The notes under the pieces were generated by a model. It ran no database searches and was not told where the DNA came from. It saw only the letters and a program-made list of their open reading frames with translations. From contig CP110439.1 in assembly GCA_026914245.1 (NCBI GenBank), positions 4,340,001-4,404,000 on the forward strand: 64,000 nucleotides of DNA, given 5' to 3'. The stretch is from Puccinia triticina. Lineage: Eukaryota. Of this stretch, positions 61,666 through 64,000 are shown piece after piece (the stretch's first letter is position 1; every line of letters starts with the position of its first letter). The translations under genes and the position numbers were made by a program.

Positions 61666-63038
61666 ACTACACAGTGTATGTATTATAATATAGTACAAAA
61701 CAATTTCAATTTAAGCCTTGGTGCTAGATTCCGGTGCCTTGTGATTCTTGTCCAACTCTGGTAAGTTACGAGGTGGCGTCTGGCTTGATAGGCGATGAAA
61801 GACAACAAATCCACCATCGCTCTATTAATAAATTTCAAACCTGTATGTTAGTATTGATCATGAATGTGAATTTGAATGACGAATGAGAACATACAGAGAA
61901 CGGTTTCTCATCTTCCCTATTTTCCTTCTTAACCGCTTTGCGCGCCGGATTGTTTCCCTCCAAAACGTGTGATCGAGGGCTTCCGGGATAAGTCGCATCT
62001 ATACAGTATACATGAGTTTGGCCGATGATGTATGGGTGGTCGTGACTGTTTCCGGGGAAGCTGTTTGAGGATCTGTTGTTGATTTGCGGCCCATCGATGA
62101 TGTATGGGTGGTCGTGGCTGTTTCCGGGAAAGCCTACTGGGTTTCCTCGACGCATCGCAATGACTTGAGCAGGAGAGTTGTTCATGTTTTTGGTGTTCTT
62201 GAGGTGATTGCTTCTTGAATTGGTGGTTGTTACTCGACAAAGTTTATAATGGCACCGTCTTGACCTCTGGTCAACCCAGATGGGCATGATCCCCGGGCTA
62301 TCTCGGGTGAAGAATCAAGCCCATGAGGTCAGATCAGTCGGCCAAGTTGACATCACAAGCCGACCAACCCGTCTAGTGGGGGGGGGGTCAGATGGGTTGG
62401 CTCGCCTCCTCGGACAGCAATTACAAGCCGACCGACCCGTCTGGTGGGGGGTCAGATGGGTTGGCTTGACTCCTCAGACAGCCAACCTGTCAAAGCCCAC
62501 TGACGACCTTTCAGGTGAGCCGACGCTCATGCCCCGGCCGTCGGGACCGTCGCCTCGATCCATGCGCCAGGCCGACCATGCTTACCAGCGCATCTGCACG
62601 GTCGGACTGCCCTTCCCGTCGGGGAGGGCTTTTTGGCGTCAATTTACCCCGGTCGGACAGGTCAGGCTGACCCTTTGGCGTGTCCGACGTCACGCCCGGT
62701 CGGCCTGACCATAATCCGACGCCGGGGCAAAAACGACGTCGGCACCGCTCAACAACTGGAGCCGTAGTGTAGAGGAAAACTGAGTAATGTTCATGTCAAG
62801 TGACATCCACAAGACACGTTCATTACAGGAGACAAGAGCTCAAGTGGAGGCACAAGCTTGACTCTCAACAGCCAGTAAACCACAAATACAAGGGTTTGAT
62901 AGATGACACCAGGGAAGAAAGTTTTGAACTTTCTATAGTGCCAGGGCATGATTTTATACCCAATTAGGTCTCATGTGATTTCAATGTTAACTTGAACTCT
63001 TTCTTCATTTTATTCTCAACAAAAACTGTAGAGAAACT

Positions 63039-63120
63039 CAAGAAACTGCTGCCAGTTGACATGCAATATTACAAAAAAGGCACCTTTGTAATAGTGCATG
63101 TCAACTGGCAGCAGTTTCTT

Positions 63121-63121
<1 letters not shown>
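63039..63121. repeat. Near-perfect fold-back resembling collapsed CACTG-family TIRs
   Basis: CAAGAAACTGCTGCCAGTTGACATGCA.TATTACAAA ... TTTGTAATA.TGCATGTCAACTGGCAGCAGTTTCTTG. Confidence 0.8.
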
Positions 63122-63151
<30 letters not shown>

Positions 63152-64000
63152 CACAGTGAAAGGTGTAACTATAGTTCAAGTTGTTTTGGAATAATATTTC
63201 ACTCAATTCTCTCTCTGCTGAATTTTTGTGTTTGGTTCATCGTGATCACAATTGTGGAATTGAGCTTCAATGCACACAAGTTTTCTCAAGTATTTTCCTA
63301 TTCTTATGCTCAAATATATCCTTAGCCAAGTGACAGGGAATATCTCGCATTGCAGAATTTTTTCATTTGAAACAAACATAACATCACATTATGAAAAATT
63401 CTTGCAAATATAGCAACTTCAGAGGATCAGCCAACTGGCAGATGAATCCTTCCAGCATATTCATGTCATGCCAATTCCCAAATTAAATTGGGCAGAAAGT
63501 GGTTTCAAATCAATTTTGTATTCTTCAATTATCAAGCAGTGTCAAAGCTAGGAAGACCTGTGTGATGTGGAATGGTATTCCCAGCAATATGAAATGTGAA
63601 AATTCCAGAGTTGGTTTTCCTTACCATTTTTGCCAAGGTTGAGCCATAAAATAATTTTCAATTTTGAAGTGTGAATAGTTGTTAATTTGGGAATATGCAC
63701 CTTGCCTAGTAGATGACTACATTTTGTAAAATTTCTTCAGATTTAGCTACAACTGACTGGAAAATGCACAGCCAAGAGGCCAAAGTAAAGCTTTTCAAGG
63801 GAAAGGGGGGTATAGCTGTGGATATTGAAAGAAACACCAATATTCCCTTGCTCCTGGAACCAGCTGGACAAATAATTCAACAGCTGGTCTGAGAAATCCA
63901 AGGTGAACGGTCAATTATTGAAGTTTCACACATGTCACACATCCCAGTGTGGGTAAAACCTTTTGTCTTGTAGATTTACCATCTTCACATCTTTTCCCCA

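Larger units (their letters stand above)
54997..62769. mobile_element. 7.8-kb CACTA/EnSpm-like DNA transposon
   Basis: Ends CACCACGGGTGCAGT and (reverse complement) CACTACGGCTCCAGT; TA duplication; CCGACG/GTCGG subterminal repeats; internal transposase-like gene. Confidence 0.88.

Overview
Eukaryotic, intron-containing, TE-rich fungal DNA; gene and TE style most resembles rust fungi (Pucciniales), which is an inference. Five paralogues of an uncharacterised ~400-500 aa gene family (395-3598 and 42052-48173) share one phase-1 intron and are split by ~38 kb of nested transposons. That stretch holds three Ty3/Gypsy elements. A (5162-22136) is a decayed chromovirus that hosts an intact, very young element B (7988-16783), a CACCA-ended DNA transposon and a solo LTR. 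C (22523-32857, minus strand) carries another solo LTR. Further solo LTRs and MITEs follow. To the right lie GPI2/PIG-C head-to-head with a proline-rich BBC1/AIM3-like gene, an intron-containing tRNA-Gly(TCC) and a 7.8 kb CACTA-type element. Most unusual: (1) an intron-rich accessory gene in element C whose last intron contains the gag start codon; (2) five copies of a ~90-nt putative structured RNA motif in element B; (3) a 48-nt tRNA-Tyr-complementary PBS folded into a hairpin in B; (4) a self-priming PBS in A; (5) CpG-centred 4-bp target sites. All calls were made by eye; no searches or folding programs were run.
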